DNA of 64,000 nucleotides from a virus (Duplodnaviria; Heunggongvirae; Uroviricota; Caudoviricetes): IMG/VR virus record IMGVR_UViG_3300037418_002962, positions 90,650 to 154,649 of that record; one strand, 5' to 3'. Shown piece by piece: positions 1 to 8,853 of this stretch (position 1 is its first letter; each line of letters starts with the position of its first letter). The notes under the pieces were generated by a model. It saw only the letters and a program-made list of their open reading frames with translations, ran no database searches and was not told where the DNA came from. The position numbers and the translations under genes were made by a program.

Positions 1-1
1 T

Positions 2-370
2 AAAGTAAAAGATGATATTCATGTCTATAGAAGATTTAGCCATGAACAACCCCATATGCTAGATACTGCAGAAATTGGAGATACTGTTCATGATAAAGGA
101 TTTGTCTCCACAACACTAGATGGTGGTCATACTGGTTTTATTCATACTGCTCATCCAAAAGATGATTCACTTATTAAGATTCATATTCCTAAGGGTTCTC
201 ATGCTATGTATTTAAATAAGCATCGGGCATCTCATTTTCCTGATGAACATGAAGTTCTTTTACCAAGAGGAAGTAAATTTAAATATACTGGAAAATCAAC
301 CTTCATAAATCATCTAGGACAGGATGTAACTATTCATCATCTAACACATATTCCAGAAGGTACAGAATAA
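2..370 (+). CDS. ADP-ribosyltransferase paralog (R-S-E class, C3/VIP2-like), 5' end cut by window edge
   Basis: In frame from nt 2 (VKDDIHVYRRFS = Arg-motif region); HDKGFVSTT (STS motif) and EHEVLLPRGSKFKY (ExE/ARTT); same architecture as 9 paralogs downstream. Confidence 0.7.
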   Translation, partial: KVKDDIHVYRRFSHEQPHMLDTAEIGDTVHDKGFVSTTLDGGHTGFIHTAHPKDDSLIKIHIPKGSHAMYLNKHRASHFPDEHEVLLPRGSKFKYTGKSTFINHLGQDVTIHHLTHIPEGTE

Positions 371-801
371 TGACTATTTCTCGTGTCGATAGACTTACTC
401 CCAATGTAATAAACCAAACTAAACCGAAAAAGTATTCTGACTTCACAACTAATTTCGAAATCCATCCAGACACTGGCGATTTATTCCTTTACACAGATGC
501 CAATGCAGTAAAGAAAGCATTACGTAATCTTGTCCTGACCAATTTCTATGAAAGAAGATTCAAAGAAAAGGTTGGTTCTAATATCAGGAATAAACTATTC
601 GAACAACTAACTGCAAATGTTCTTCAAGAAATTGCCTCGGATCTTAGAAATGTTATCACTAACTTTGAGAAACGTGTAGTTCTGGAAAATCTCCAGGTAA
701 ACCAAAGTGGTGAGGATGCTATTATTGTGAATATCGTATTCTCGATTGCAAATATTCCAGGTTCACAAAATCTTTCCATTACTGTTAATAGAGTAAGATA
801 A
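370..801 (+). CDS. gp25: baseplate wedge protein gp25 (GPW/gp25 family)
   Basis: 143 aa; KYSDF..FEIHPDTGDL...ERRF...IVFSIANIP...ITVNRVR aligns along its length with remembered T4 gp25 (LYSDI...PEFG...IRFSVIDNP...ASSNRV); ATGA overlap with upstream ART. Confidence 0.75.
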   Translation: MTISRVDRLTPNVINQTKPKKYSDFTTNFEIHPDTGDLFLYTDANAVKKALRNLVLTNFYERRFKEKVGSNIRNKLFEQLTANVLQEIASDLRNVITNFEKRVVLENLQVNQSGEDAIIVNIVFSIANIPGSQNLSITVNRVR

Positions 802-802
802 T

Positions 803-1516
803 ATGAAGAGCTTTAGAGAAATCCTTGAAGAAATTGTAAAGCATCTAGGAGTTGATAATCCATTTTTTATCCAACATGGACCAGATGAGGAAACCATTAC
901 CCATGAACATGGAATGCAGCTACACAAAAGACCAGATAAACACATTACTGAAGATGAACATAAAGCAATGCACAGTTACAGTGAAGGATTTTACAGAGAT
1001 ATTAACCATATTTTAAGAAATCAAAATTCATGGAAGAAAATGCGTAATGACATTGGCTACAAAAAAGATAAAATTGACAGGAACTTAAAAGATTTTAAGG
1101 AATATCATATTCCAAATATAGATAAGACAATCTCTCATCATACCACGGAACATCCTGCCACTGTATGGAGAGGGATTAATCCAGAAAATATAAAAACAAA
1201 AGAAGGCACTGTATTATCCGATAAGGGATTTACTTCTACTACATTACATCCTGCAATAGCAATAAAATTTGGCAGAGAATCTTTGCCAATGGGAAATAGA
1301 GATAATATACATATAGCAAAAATTAATCTACCAAAAGGAAGTAAAGCAGTATATCTTAATCAGAACAATCTTTCCAGTAATAAAAGGGAGCATGAAGTAT
1401 TACTTCCAAGGAACTCTAAGTTCCGTTACGAAGGTTCTAGTACTCATCCACATCCTAATAATGACTATGAAACTGTTACTGTACATCATCTTACACATTT
1501 ACCAGAGGAATCATGA
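803..1516 (+). CDS. capsid-targeted ADP-ribosyltransferase paralog 2
   Basis: N-term MKSFREILEE (T4-CTS-like); YSEGFYRDINHILRN, ATVWRGI, DKGFTSTTL, REHEVLLPRNSKFRYEG = PF03496-type motif set (Y..IN..LR / R / STS / ExE). Confidence 0.8.
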   Translation: MKSFREILEEIVKHLGVDNPFFIQHGPDEETITHEHGMQLHKRPDKHITEDEHKAMHSYSEGFYRDINHILRNQNSWKKMRNDIGYKKDKIDRNLKDFKEYHIPNIDKTISHHTTEHPATVWRGINPENIKTKEGTVLSDKGFTSTTLHPAIAIKFGRESLPMGNRDNIHIAKINLPKGSKAVYLNQNNLSSNKREHEVLLPRNSKFRYEGSSTHPHPNNDYETVTVHHLTHLPEES

Positions 1517-2256
1517 AATCATTCAAGAATTACTTAAAAGAAAATACAGAAGAACATTTAGGTTTCCATGATCATAATGCCAGAGTAAAAAATTCTGATG
1601 ATTCAGAACCTTGGGTTAAACATTTCAATAATAATCCTGGACTTGAGCATCATGAAATGCACAGTCTTAGAGTTTATTCTGGCACTATTGATAATGATAT
1701 TGGCACAGAACATAAAGACACTGCTTATAGGGCTATTAATAATCAGCTTAGAAATTCTGGAAGTACTGAAGATTCATTGAAAGATATTAAGGTCTCTGAC
1801 CATATAAAGAATATTGACTCTGTTCTTTCTAAACATACCACAATGAAACCTGCCACAGTATGGAGAGGATTGGCAGGACTTTCAAATACTCATGAAGTAC
1901 CTAATCAATTAAATGCAATGAAACCGGGAGATACTTTTCATGATAAGGGATTCGTTTCCACAACTGTTGAACCATATACTGCAGATTCCTTTTCAAGGAC
2001 TTATCATAAAAATCCAAATGATATAACAAAAATGGAAAGACACTTTGCCAAGATTCATATTCCTAAAGGAAGTAAGGCATTATATCTTAATAGCCATAAA
2101 AGAGATCTAGGTATTGGCTATGAACATGAAGTTCTTCTACCAAGAGGAAGTAAATTCAGGTATGAAGGAAAGACTGTTCACCCAACAAGTCTTCACGGAT
2201 ATCAGAATTATGATGAAGATCATATCCATCACTTAACATATCTTGGAGACAAATAA
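1513..2256 (+). CDS. capsid-targeted ADP-ribosyltransferase paralog 3
   Basis: MKSFKNYLKE N-term; YRAINNQLRNSG, ATVWRGL, DKGFVSTTV, YEHEVLLPRGSKFRYEG; ATGA overlap with upstream gene. Confidence 0.8.
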   Translation: MKSFKNYLKENTEEHLGFHDHNARVKNSDDSEPWVKHFNNNPGLEHHEMHSLRVYSGTIDNDIGTEHKDTAYRAINNQLRNSGSTEDSLKDIKVSDHIKNIDSVLSKHTTMKPATVWRGLAGLSNTHEVPNQLNAMKPGDTFHDKGFVSTTVEPYTADSFSRTYHKNPNDITKMERHFAKIHIPKGSKALYLNSHKRDLGIGYEHEVLLPRGSKFRYEGKTVHPTSLHGYQNYDEDHIHHLTYLGDK

Positions 2257-2927
2257 TGCAATCCTTCAAAATACTTCTAGAAAAAATTGGTGTTTCTAAT
2301 CACAAAGTAAACTATAACTATGATTATGATTTTGGTCATGGAAATTTAGATAAAGTATATAAAGCCCATGCAAGAATTCATGATAGTTCTAAAATTCTTT
2401 CACCAGAAGAAAAGGAAACTTTGCAGGTCTATATAGGAACTGGACACTATGATATTAATCGTTTTCATAGAACAGGTAAAGTTTATCCAGCAAGTCAGGG
2501 CGGTTACAATAGAAAAGAAATAAAAGAACACACATCAAATTTAGACAATATAATATCTTCTCATCAAACCAAACAAAATGCTACAGTATGGAGAGGTATT
2601 CAACCTAATGTTGCCAAGGGCATGAAATTAAAACCTGGAACAATACTTCATGATAAGGGATTCGTTTCTACAAGTCTTAATCCATCAACAGCAGGTTCAT
2701 TTGGATATCAATCTGGAGAAACTCATGTTTTTAGAATTCATTTACCAAAGGGAAGTAATGCTTTTAGGCCATTAAATCATAATATAGGTAAAACAAGAGA
2801 ACATGAAGTAATTCTTCCAAGGAATTCCAAGTTTCGTTACGAAGATGGGCACTTACATAAAGACAAATGGGGTTCTCCGTTTTACGTACATCACTTGACA
2901 TATCTTGGACAACATCATGAGGAATGA
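2256..2927 (+). CDS. capsid-targeted ADP-ribosyltransferase paralog 4
   Basis: MQSFKILLEKIG N-term; YDINRFHRTG, ATVWRGI, DKGFVSTSL, REHEVILPRNSKFRYED; TAATG junction. Confidence 0.8.
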   Translation: MQSFKILLEKIGVSNHKVNYNYDYDFGHGNLDKVYKAHARIHDSSKILSPEEKETLQVYIGTGHYDINRFHRTGKVYPASQGGYNRKEIKEHTSNLDNIISSHQTKQNATVWRGIQPNVAKGMKLKPGTILHDKGFVSTSLNPSTAGSFGYQSGETHVFRIHLPKGSNAFRPLNHNIGKTREHEVILPRNSKFRYEDGHLHKDKWGSPFYVHHLTYLGQHHEE

Positions 2928-2967
2928 CAATAAAGTGACAAAGTAATTCCACAAACTTCCAGGTATT

Positions 2968-4770
2968 TTGGCCTTTCTAAATATTATTAGAGCAATTAGA
3001 AAAAGGACCAATACCATGGCTGGAAATACTTCTTACCAAACTCTTCCATTCGCAAATAATATATTTCAGCAATCGTGGTGTTCCTCACCAACCCTTTCCC
3101 CTGCTAATCTATTCTGGAAGAATGGCAATAATTTCAACAATACTATCCAGATGAATAATGCCAGAATTGATGCAGCTTCAAAAACTGCTAAAGGTATTGT
3201 ACCAATTTCTGGTTGTCAGAGATGGGATGATACATATCTTGCAGCAATGCCACAAGTTTCTGGAGAACCCTCATATATTACTTCTGATCGTGCATCTATA
3301 GTTGCATCAGGTGAACAAGCAGCCTTTACAGCATGGGCAAATTGGCTCAATGCTCATAAAAGTATGTTTATGGTTAATGCAGATGGAACAGTAAATCCTA
3401 ATGGTCATATATCTCCTTTACAGCCCTTATCATCAGTAGATTCTCCTTCAAATATTGGAACAACCTATGGAGATTTATTTGCCAAATTATGGAGCGAAAC
3501 ATCTGCAATTTGTGGAGCATATGGAATAGTTCTTTCTGATTATTCGGATTCCCAACCAATAGGGCCAAGTTATTCAACAGGATTTAATCAGGAAATTGTT
3601 TCAACTTTTGCCAATATTATTGGAGGAATTATTCCAGGTAATACAGTACCTCAGTGGTCATCTTTTATTATTCAAAATTATTTCAATAAATGGACAGATT
3701 ATCTTTGCAGTGGCTATGCAAGATTTTTTGGATCTCTAGCAGTAAATATTGCTGCTTCTTGTAATACTTCTTCTCTTGTAATAGACCAATGTGGATTATC
3801 TCCAAGTCAGAGAAGATTATATGGAGTTGATGCCAGAATTATTGCAGATAAAATGAGTCCTGATAATATTATTTGTATCTGGGATAATCAAACATTCAGA
3901 ACAGAAAGATCGGGACAACCAATGATATGGAGTCTAGGTGGAGCAGTAATATCAGCAGCAAGGGAACCAAATATTCGTAATGGTGCAAATCTGGAATGTG
4001 ATACTCCCTCATTCTGGCAAGCTATTGCTAAATTCTATCCAGGTCTTTCCAGTACTGACCAAAGGGAAAGAGGACTAAAAGATATCAAGCGAAATTGGCT
4101 AGAAAATGCATTTTCTCATATATGTGATAGATCTGGAAATGTTCGTAGAGCACTTTGCTTTATGTCAAGAGACTATTGGGACTCTGGAAATTTAGATAGT
4201 ACATTAACAAATATTATCCAATCAATTATTCCTACAAGACCTTATGGTTATGCTGTATATTATTCAAAGAATTGTGAAGCAAATGCAGAAGTTCTTGTAG
4301 GTAATAGCAAAAACATGAATAATTGTTATATGACACCAGACAAATTAGTATCGTTCAAACAGGCAGGAAATCCTGTTGGATATTATGTATCTGATCTAGG
4401 AATTACTTCAATGACAAAGAACAGTTATCCTGCAGCATGGATAGTTCTTGATGGTACTCTAAATAATACAGAAACAACTGCATTAAAAAGAATTGCCCCA
4501 ATTATTTCTCCATCATTAGCAAAGACATGGGCCAAGGCTCCATTGAAATTTTCTTCTGGTGTTACTGGATTTGGTTTCTATGACCAGAACAACAGATTAA
4601 TTATTATTGCCACGAATACTACAGATTCTGATGTCAATGCAATTATTACTCTGAATCCACTTCCAGCCAATGTTACCAGTGCTATAAGTTTATTTGATGG
4701 TTCTGTAGTGGATCTTACCAAGACTGTTAAAATTTCTAGATGGGATACTCTGGTTCTGGCTATTTCATAA
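2968..4770 (+). CDS. hypothetical protein, probable virion protein (600 aa; true start may be ATG 3016, MAGNTSYQ, which has a better RBS)
   Basis: Long ORF in the late/structural operon; Trp/Asn/Ser-rich; no motif recognised. Confidence 0.5.
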   Translation: MAFLNIIRAIRKRTNTMAGNTSYQTLPFANNIFQQSWCSSPTLSPANLFWKNGNNFNNTIQMNNARIDAASKTAKGIVPISGCQRWDDTYLAAMPQVSGEPSYITSDRASIVASGEQAAFTAWANWLNAHKSMFMVNADGTVNPNGHISPLQPLSSVDSPSNIGTTYGDLFAKLWSETSAICGAYGIVLSDYSDSQPIGPSYSTGFNQEIVSTFANIIGGIIPGNTVPQWSSFIIQNYFNKWTDYLCSGYARFFGSLAVNIAASCNTSSLVIDQCGLSPSQRRLYGVDARIIADKMSPDNIICIWDNQTFRTERSGQPMIWSLGGAVISAAREPNIRNGANLECDTPSFWQAIAKFYPGLSSTDQRERGLKDIKRNWLENAFSHICDRSGNVRRALCFMSRDYWDSGNLDSTLTNIIQSIIPTRPYGYAVYYSKNCEANAEVLVGNSKNMNNCYMTPDKLVSFKQAGNPVGYYVSDLGITSMTKNSYPAAWIVLDGTLNNTETTALKRIAPIISPSLAKTWAKAPLKFSSGVTGFGFYDQNNRLIIIATNTTDSDVNAIITLNPLPANVTSAISLFDGSVVDLTKTVKISRWDTLVLAIS

Positions 4771-4798
4771 ATACTACAAAATTAGTTTGAGGATATTA

Positions 4799-6313
4799 AT
4801 GAAATCATTTAGCCAGTTATTAGAAGCTCTTAATTCTTATCAGAGACAAAAAGTAGATTCCTGGAGAACCCCTGGTGAATCTGCAGCAGATAAAATCTCT
4901 GCCCATGTTTTTCCAAAGGGCCAGGATAGAATAACAATTCCTCTAGAGGATGGCAAAGAAGCTGTAGAACCACATCCAATTGTTAAAAATCACCTAGAGA
5001 AAAATGGATATAAAGTAAAAGATTATCGTAAAGGATTGGCAGTAGACAAATACGGTAGAGATGTTTCTATTGGTAAGGTTCTTAATAAAAGCAAAGCACC
5101 AGAAGGTATTGCAAAGGTATTCACAAATGATCCTGCCAGGGCTTCAAGTAAACACTCCAATCTCCAGGTAGTTATTACCAAGCATCCTCATGATGTTGCA
5201 GGAATGTCTACTGATCGTGGATGGGACTCTTGTATGACCATGGGAGATGGATATAGTAATCGAGACAAGGGAAGTAATGCGAGATATTTACAGCATGATA
5301 TTCGTCAAGGAACTCATGTTGCTTATCTTACTCATGCTGGAGACCATAAAGCAGAAAATCCAATTGCCAGAATTGCCTTGAAACCTTTTCATAGTACTTG
5401 GCATGGTAATTCTGGGCATACAGTATTAAGACCAGAACATACAACTTATGGAGAAGGTGGGCCAGCATTTGAACAGACTGTAAAGAACTTTACAGAAAAG
5501 CATTATCCTATGCAAGAAAAAACTTATTGGAAAGATTCTAATTTATATCATGATTCTGGTCCTAGACAATTAGTAAACATAGGCCATCCTGATATCCTTA
5601 AAGGAGCTACTAATGATGTTAAAAAGGAAGTAATCAAACATGGTAGACCAGAACATCTTACTGCCCTAATGCATGACCCGGATATAGGCATTAGAAAGCA
5701 AGTAGCTTTTAAAGGAAATAAAGAAACATTAGACCATTTAGTAAATGATTCTTACGATGGAATAAGGCAAATAGTTGGAACTTTTGGTCATAAAGAACAC
5801 TTGGACAAATTAGTTAATGATAAGGAACACGGGCCAAGATTTCAAGTTGCTGTTCATGGTCATAAAGAACATCTAGATAAGCTTGTAAATGATCCTCATT
5901 ATGTTGTAAGAAGAGAAGTAGCAGAAAAAGGCCATAAGGAACATTTAGATAAACTAGTAAATGATCCTGATGAATCTGTAAGACAGGCAGTTGCAGCCAA
6001 GGGAAGTAAAGAACACCATGATAAACTAGTAAATGATCCTGATGAATTTACCAGAATGGAAGTAGCAAGGCATGGAAGTAAAGAACACTTGGATAAACTT
6101 GTTCATGATCCAAGTGAAACTGTTAGGGCCAATGTTGCTAACAGAGGGTCTACAGAACATAATAATATTCTCGTAAATGATCCCGACCCAAGAGTCAGAA
6201 GACAGGTTGCAGAATATTCTAATAGCAAAGAGCATCTTGCCAAGTTAATGAGTTTTGATAACGACAAACTTGTAAGGATTAAAGCAGAGAAAAGATATAC
6301 TGAAATAGCCTAA
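4799..6313 (+). CDS. capsid-targeted protein with C-terminal LRV/HEAT-like 24-aa repeat array
   Basis: Start placed at MKSFSQLLEALN (GAGG RBS; ORF-track ATG 4787 lacks one); about nine tandem repeats (G[HS]KEHLDKLVNDPDxxVRxxVAxx); same N-terminal tag as the ART paralogs. Confidence 0.65.
   Translation: MKSFSQLLEALNSYQRQKVDSWRTPGESAADKISAHVFPKGQDRITIPLEDGKEAVEPHPIVKNHLEKNGYKVKDYRKGLAVDKYGRDVSIGKVLNKSKAPEGIAKVFTNDPARASSKHSNLQVVITKHPHDVAGMSTDRGWDSCMTMGDGYSNRDKGSNARYLQHDIRQGTHVAYLTHAGDHKAENPIARIALKPFHSTWHGNSGHTVLRPEHTTYGEGGPAFEQTVKNFTEKHYPMQEKTYWKDSNLYHDSGPRQLVNIGHPDILKGATNDVKKEVIKHGRPEHLTALMHDPDIGIRKQVAFKGNKETLDHLVNDSYDGIRQIVGTFGHKEHLDKLVNDKEHGPRFQVAVHGHKEHLDKLVNDPHYVVRREVAEKGHKEHLDKLVNDPDESVRQAVAAKGSKEHHDKLVNDPDEFTRMEVARHGSKEHLDKLVHDPSETVRANVANRGSTEHNNILVNDPDPRVRRQVAEYSNSKEHLAKLMSFDNDKLVRIKAEKRYTEIA
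5640..6290 (+). repeat. in-frame 72-nt tandem repeat array (about 9 units) encoding the LRV/HEAT-like repeats
   Basis: Exact 28-nt repeat gataaactagtaaatgatcctgatgaat at 5948-5975 and 6020-6047; 72-nt periodicity in the protein repeats. Confidence 0.7.
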
Positions 6314-7020
6314 TCTAGTCTTCTACACTTGAAGCCTTTGCTACTTTTATATTCTCCGTCCGCAACTCTAATCATATTTCCCTGGTCTAATCCATTTTCC
6401 TTACAAAATTTGGTTAAATTTATTATTTGTTCTTCATGTCCATCAGGCCAAATTATCAACCATTTTTTGCATTGATTTAAAAATTGATGCTCGGGCATTA
6501 TTTTTCCTTGTTGAGCCTTTTTCATATTGGCCTTAGCTTGTTCAGTATGTTTTAATCCTATATGAGATAAAGACATTTTCTTTTTTACTTTTTCAGTATG
6601 AAGTTTTCCTGTACTAGATATTCTCATCTTTTCTATTGACTCTTTAGTATGTTTGGCTCCTATTCTAGAATCTCGATAAGCCTTTTTTGAAAGTTCAAAC
6701 ATCCATGAAGATGAAATTCTATCTAATTTTTTAGTATTATGAGTCATTCTAGTAAGAGCACTAGACATTTTTCTCTTTTTAATTCCATCACACATCTTAA
6801 TTAAAAGCCAATGGCAAATAAAATGTTCTCTGAATGTCAATAATATAAGATTTTCCTTATCATTACTTCCACAAAATGGCTTGCATTTTGGAATTATATG
6901 ATGACTTTCGTAACCATCATATTTAATCTTAATTCTATTTTCTGATCGTGCTTTGTTAATTATTTGATAATACCATCTGGTATATTTGTTATCGATAAAA
7001 TATTCATAAATATCATTCAT
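6310..7020 (-). mobile_element. freestanding HNH homing endonuclease (HNH core + NUMOD3-like repeats + C-terminal DNA-binding module)
   Basis: YESHHIIPK...NLILLTFREHFICH (H-N-H); repeated G.KHT.E..EKMR motifs; C-term IIWPDGHEEQIINLTKFCKENGL...KGFKC shared with ORFs 40664-41293 and 55086-55361; opposite strand to flanking structural genes. Confidence 0.7.
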
Positions 7021-7078
7021 AGCTGAATCTCCTTCTTAGATTTAGAGTTAGTGGAAGCTGGAACTTCGCGACTAACAA

Positions 7079-7086
7079 TATTTATA
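7079..7086 (-). promoter_or_regulatory. T4-type late promoter TATAAATA on minus strand, about 60 nt upstream of the HNH gene
   Basis: plus strand tatttata = minus TATAAATA. Confidence 0.4.
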
Positions 7087-7101
7087 AGAAGAAGGATAAG
7101 A

Positions 7102-8853
7102 ATGGCTAATAATTCTATTTCAGTGCTAGCTTTAGATTTTGCAACGTATAGAGCGCAACTTGTGCAGTATTTACAAGCTCAAGATAGGTTCAAAGATTAC
7201 AACTTCGATGCCTCGAATTTAAGCGTCTTGATAGACCTCCTTGCCCTGAATACTTACAACAATGGCTTCTACGCCTCAATGATTGGTGCGGAGCAATTTT
7301 TAGATTCTTCTCAACTCAGAGATTCCGTAATCAGTCACGCGAAGGACTTAAACTATACTCCAAGGTCCAACAAATCCTCTGTCGCGAACATTAATATTCA
7401 AGTTACTACATCTGATAACACAAAATCAATAGTGATTCCAAAATATACCTCATTCACTGGAAGAGTTGGTTCAAATACCTACACATTTACAACAAATTCT
7501 GCAGTGGTAGCTGTAAGTAACTCTAATGTAATTATTGCCAATAATATAACAATTTATGAGGGCATACTTACTACAGAACAATTTGTTTTCAACCCTAATA
7601 CAAACCAGAGATTTATCCTTTCTAATCCTAATATAGATACTTCAAGTCTCTTCGTCAACGTCATAGAAGACTCAGGAAGCACTATGTACAACTATATGTT
7701 TGCAGATAACCTTTTCGGTCTTACTGCAAACTCTACAGTATATTTTCTACAAGCAGCATCATCTGGCAATTATGAAATTATCTTTGGTGATGGTGTATCT
7801 GGTAGAATTCCAAAAGCAGGAGCAATTATCTCTGCTGAATATAGAATTTCTTCAGGATCATTTGCAAATAATATTTCAACCTTTACATCCGATGGTTTAA
7901 TTGGAGGTTATGCTAATGTAGTTGTTTCAACTAATGAACCTGCATATGATGGAGCATTTGCAGAATCACTTGCCAGTATTAAATTCAATGCTCCCAGACA
8001 TTATACAGTACAGGAAAAGGCTTCTAATGAGGATGATTATGAATCATTACTTATCAGAAACTTTCCAGAAATCTATGCAGTAGAAGCCATTGGTGGTGAA
8101 GACCTAAATCCTCCACAATTTGGTAAAATACTTATAACAGTAGCTCTCAATAATCTTTCTGTTCTTCCACAGAGCAAGATAACAACCTATACCAACTTCC
8201 TAAAATCAAAAATGCCACTAGGAAGTAAACCAATTTTTGCTAATCCTGATTTTACTTATCTGACTGTAAACTGTACTGTAAAGTACGATACTAATGTCAC
8301 AGATGCCTCACAGGATACTATCGAGTCTATTGTCCAACAAACAATTGTTGCATATAATAATGCAAATCTGAAAAATTTCAGAGTAATTCTTTATGATTCT
8401 CCATTGGGTACTATGATTGATGATTCAGACCCTTCAATTATTTCTAATGAAAGAGATATAAAACTAACAAAGAAATTTCCAGTTTCTGGTATCTCCTTGG
8501 CAAATACTGCCAGGAATAGATTTTCATTTATATTCAATCAGGCTATCCTTAATATTTCTTCTGATTTCTTTTATCGTCAGGGGGCATGGGTAGCATTTGC
8601 TGATGATGGCAATGGTATTATCAATCTTATAGATAATACTGGAAAGGTTGTCTCCAAGAATCATGGTACAGTAAATTATGAAACTGGATTTATTAATACT
8701 GGGTCATTAATTGAAAGGTTAATTGGCAATACTCTGAATTTCTATGCAGAACCTGTTGATAAGGATATTACTGCCCCAACTCAGAATATTATGTTAATAG
8801 ATCCTGTAGATATTAATGTTAATGCAATTGCCAAGAAAGGCAAGAAGAATTAA
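7102..8853 (+). CDS. gp6: baseplate wedge protein gp6
   Basis: MANNSISV start (RBS AAGGA); FKDYNFDASNLSVLIDLLALNTYNN...RDSVISHAKDLNYTPRSNKSS matches remembered T4 gp6 N-terminus (FLDYDFEGSRLNVLCDLLAYNTLY...RSSVVQAAQDNGYLPTSKSA). Confidence 0.8.
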   Translation: MANNSISVLALDFATYRAQLVQYLQAQDRFKDYNFDASNLSVLIDLLALNTYNNGFYASMIGAEQFLDSSQLRDSVISHAKDLNYTPRSNKSSVANINIQVTTSDNTKSIVIPKYTSFTGRVGSNTYTFTTNSAVVAVSNSNVIIANNITIYEGILTTEQFVFNPNTNQRFILSNPNIDTSSLFVNVIEDSGSTMYNYMFADNLFGLTANSTVYFLQAASSGNYEIIFGDGVSGRIPKAGAIISAEYRISSGSFANNISTFTSDGLIGGYANVVVSTNEPAYDGAFAESLASIKFNAPRHYTVQEKASNEDDYESLLIRNFPEIYAVEAIGGEDLNPPQFGKILITVALNNLSVLPQSKITTYTNFLKSKMPLGSKPIFANPDFTYLTVNCTVKYDTNVTDASQDTIESIVQQTIVAYNNANLKNFRVILYDSPLGTMIDDSDPSIISNERDIKLTKKFPVSGISLANTARNRFSFIFNQAILNISSDFFYRQGAWVAFADDGNGIINLIDNTGKVVSKNHGTVNYETGFINTGSLIERLIGNTLNFYAEPVDKDITAPTQNIMLIDPVDINVNAIAKKGKKN

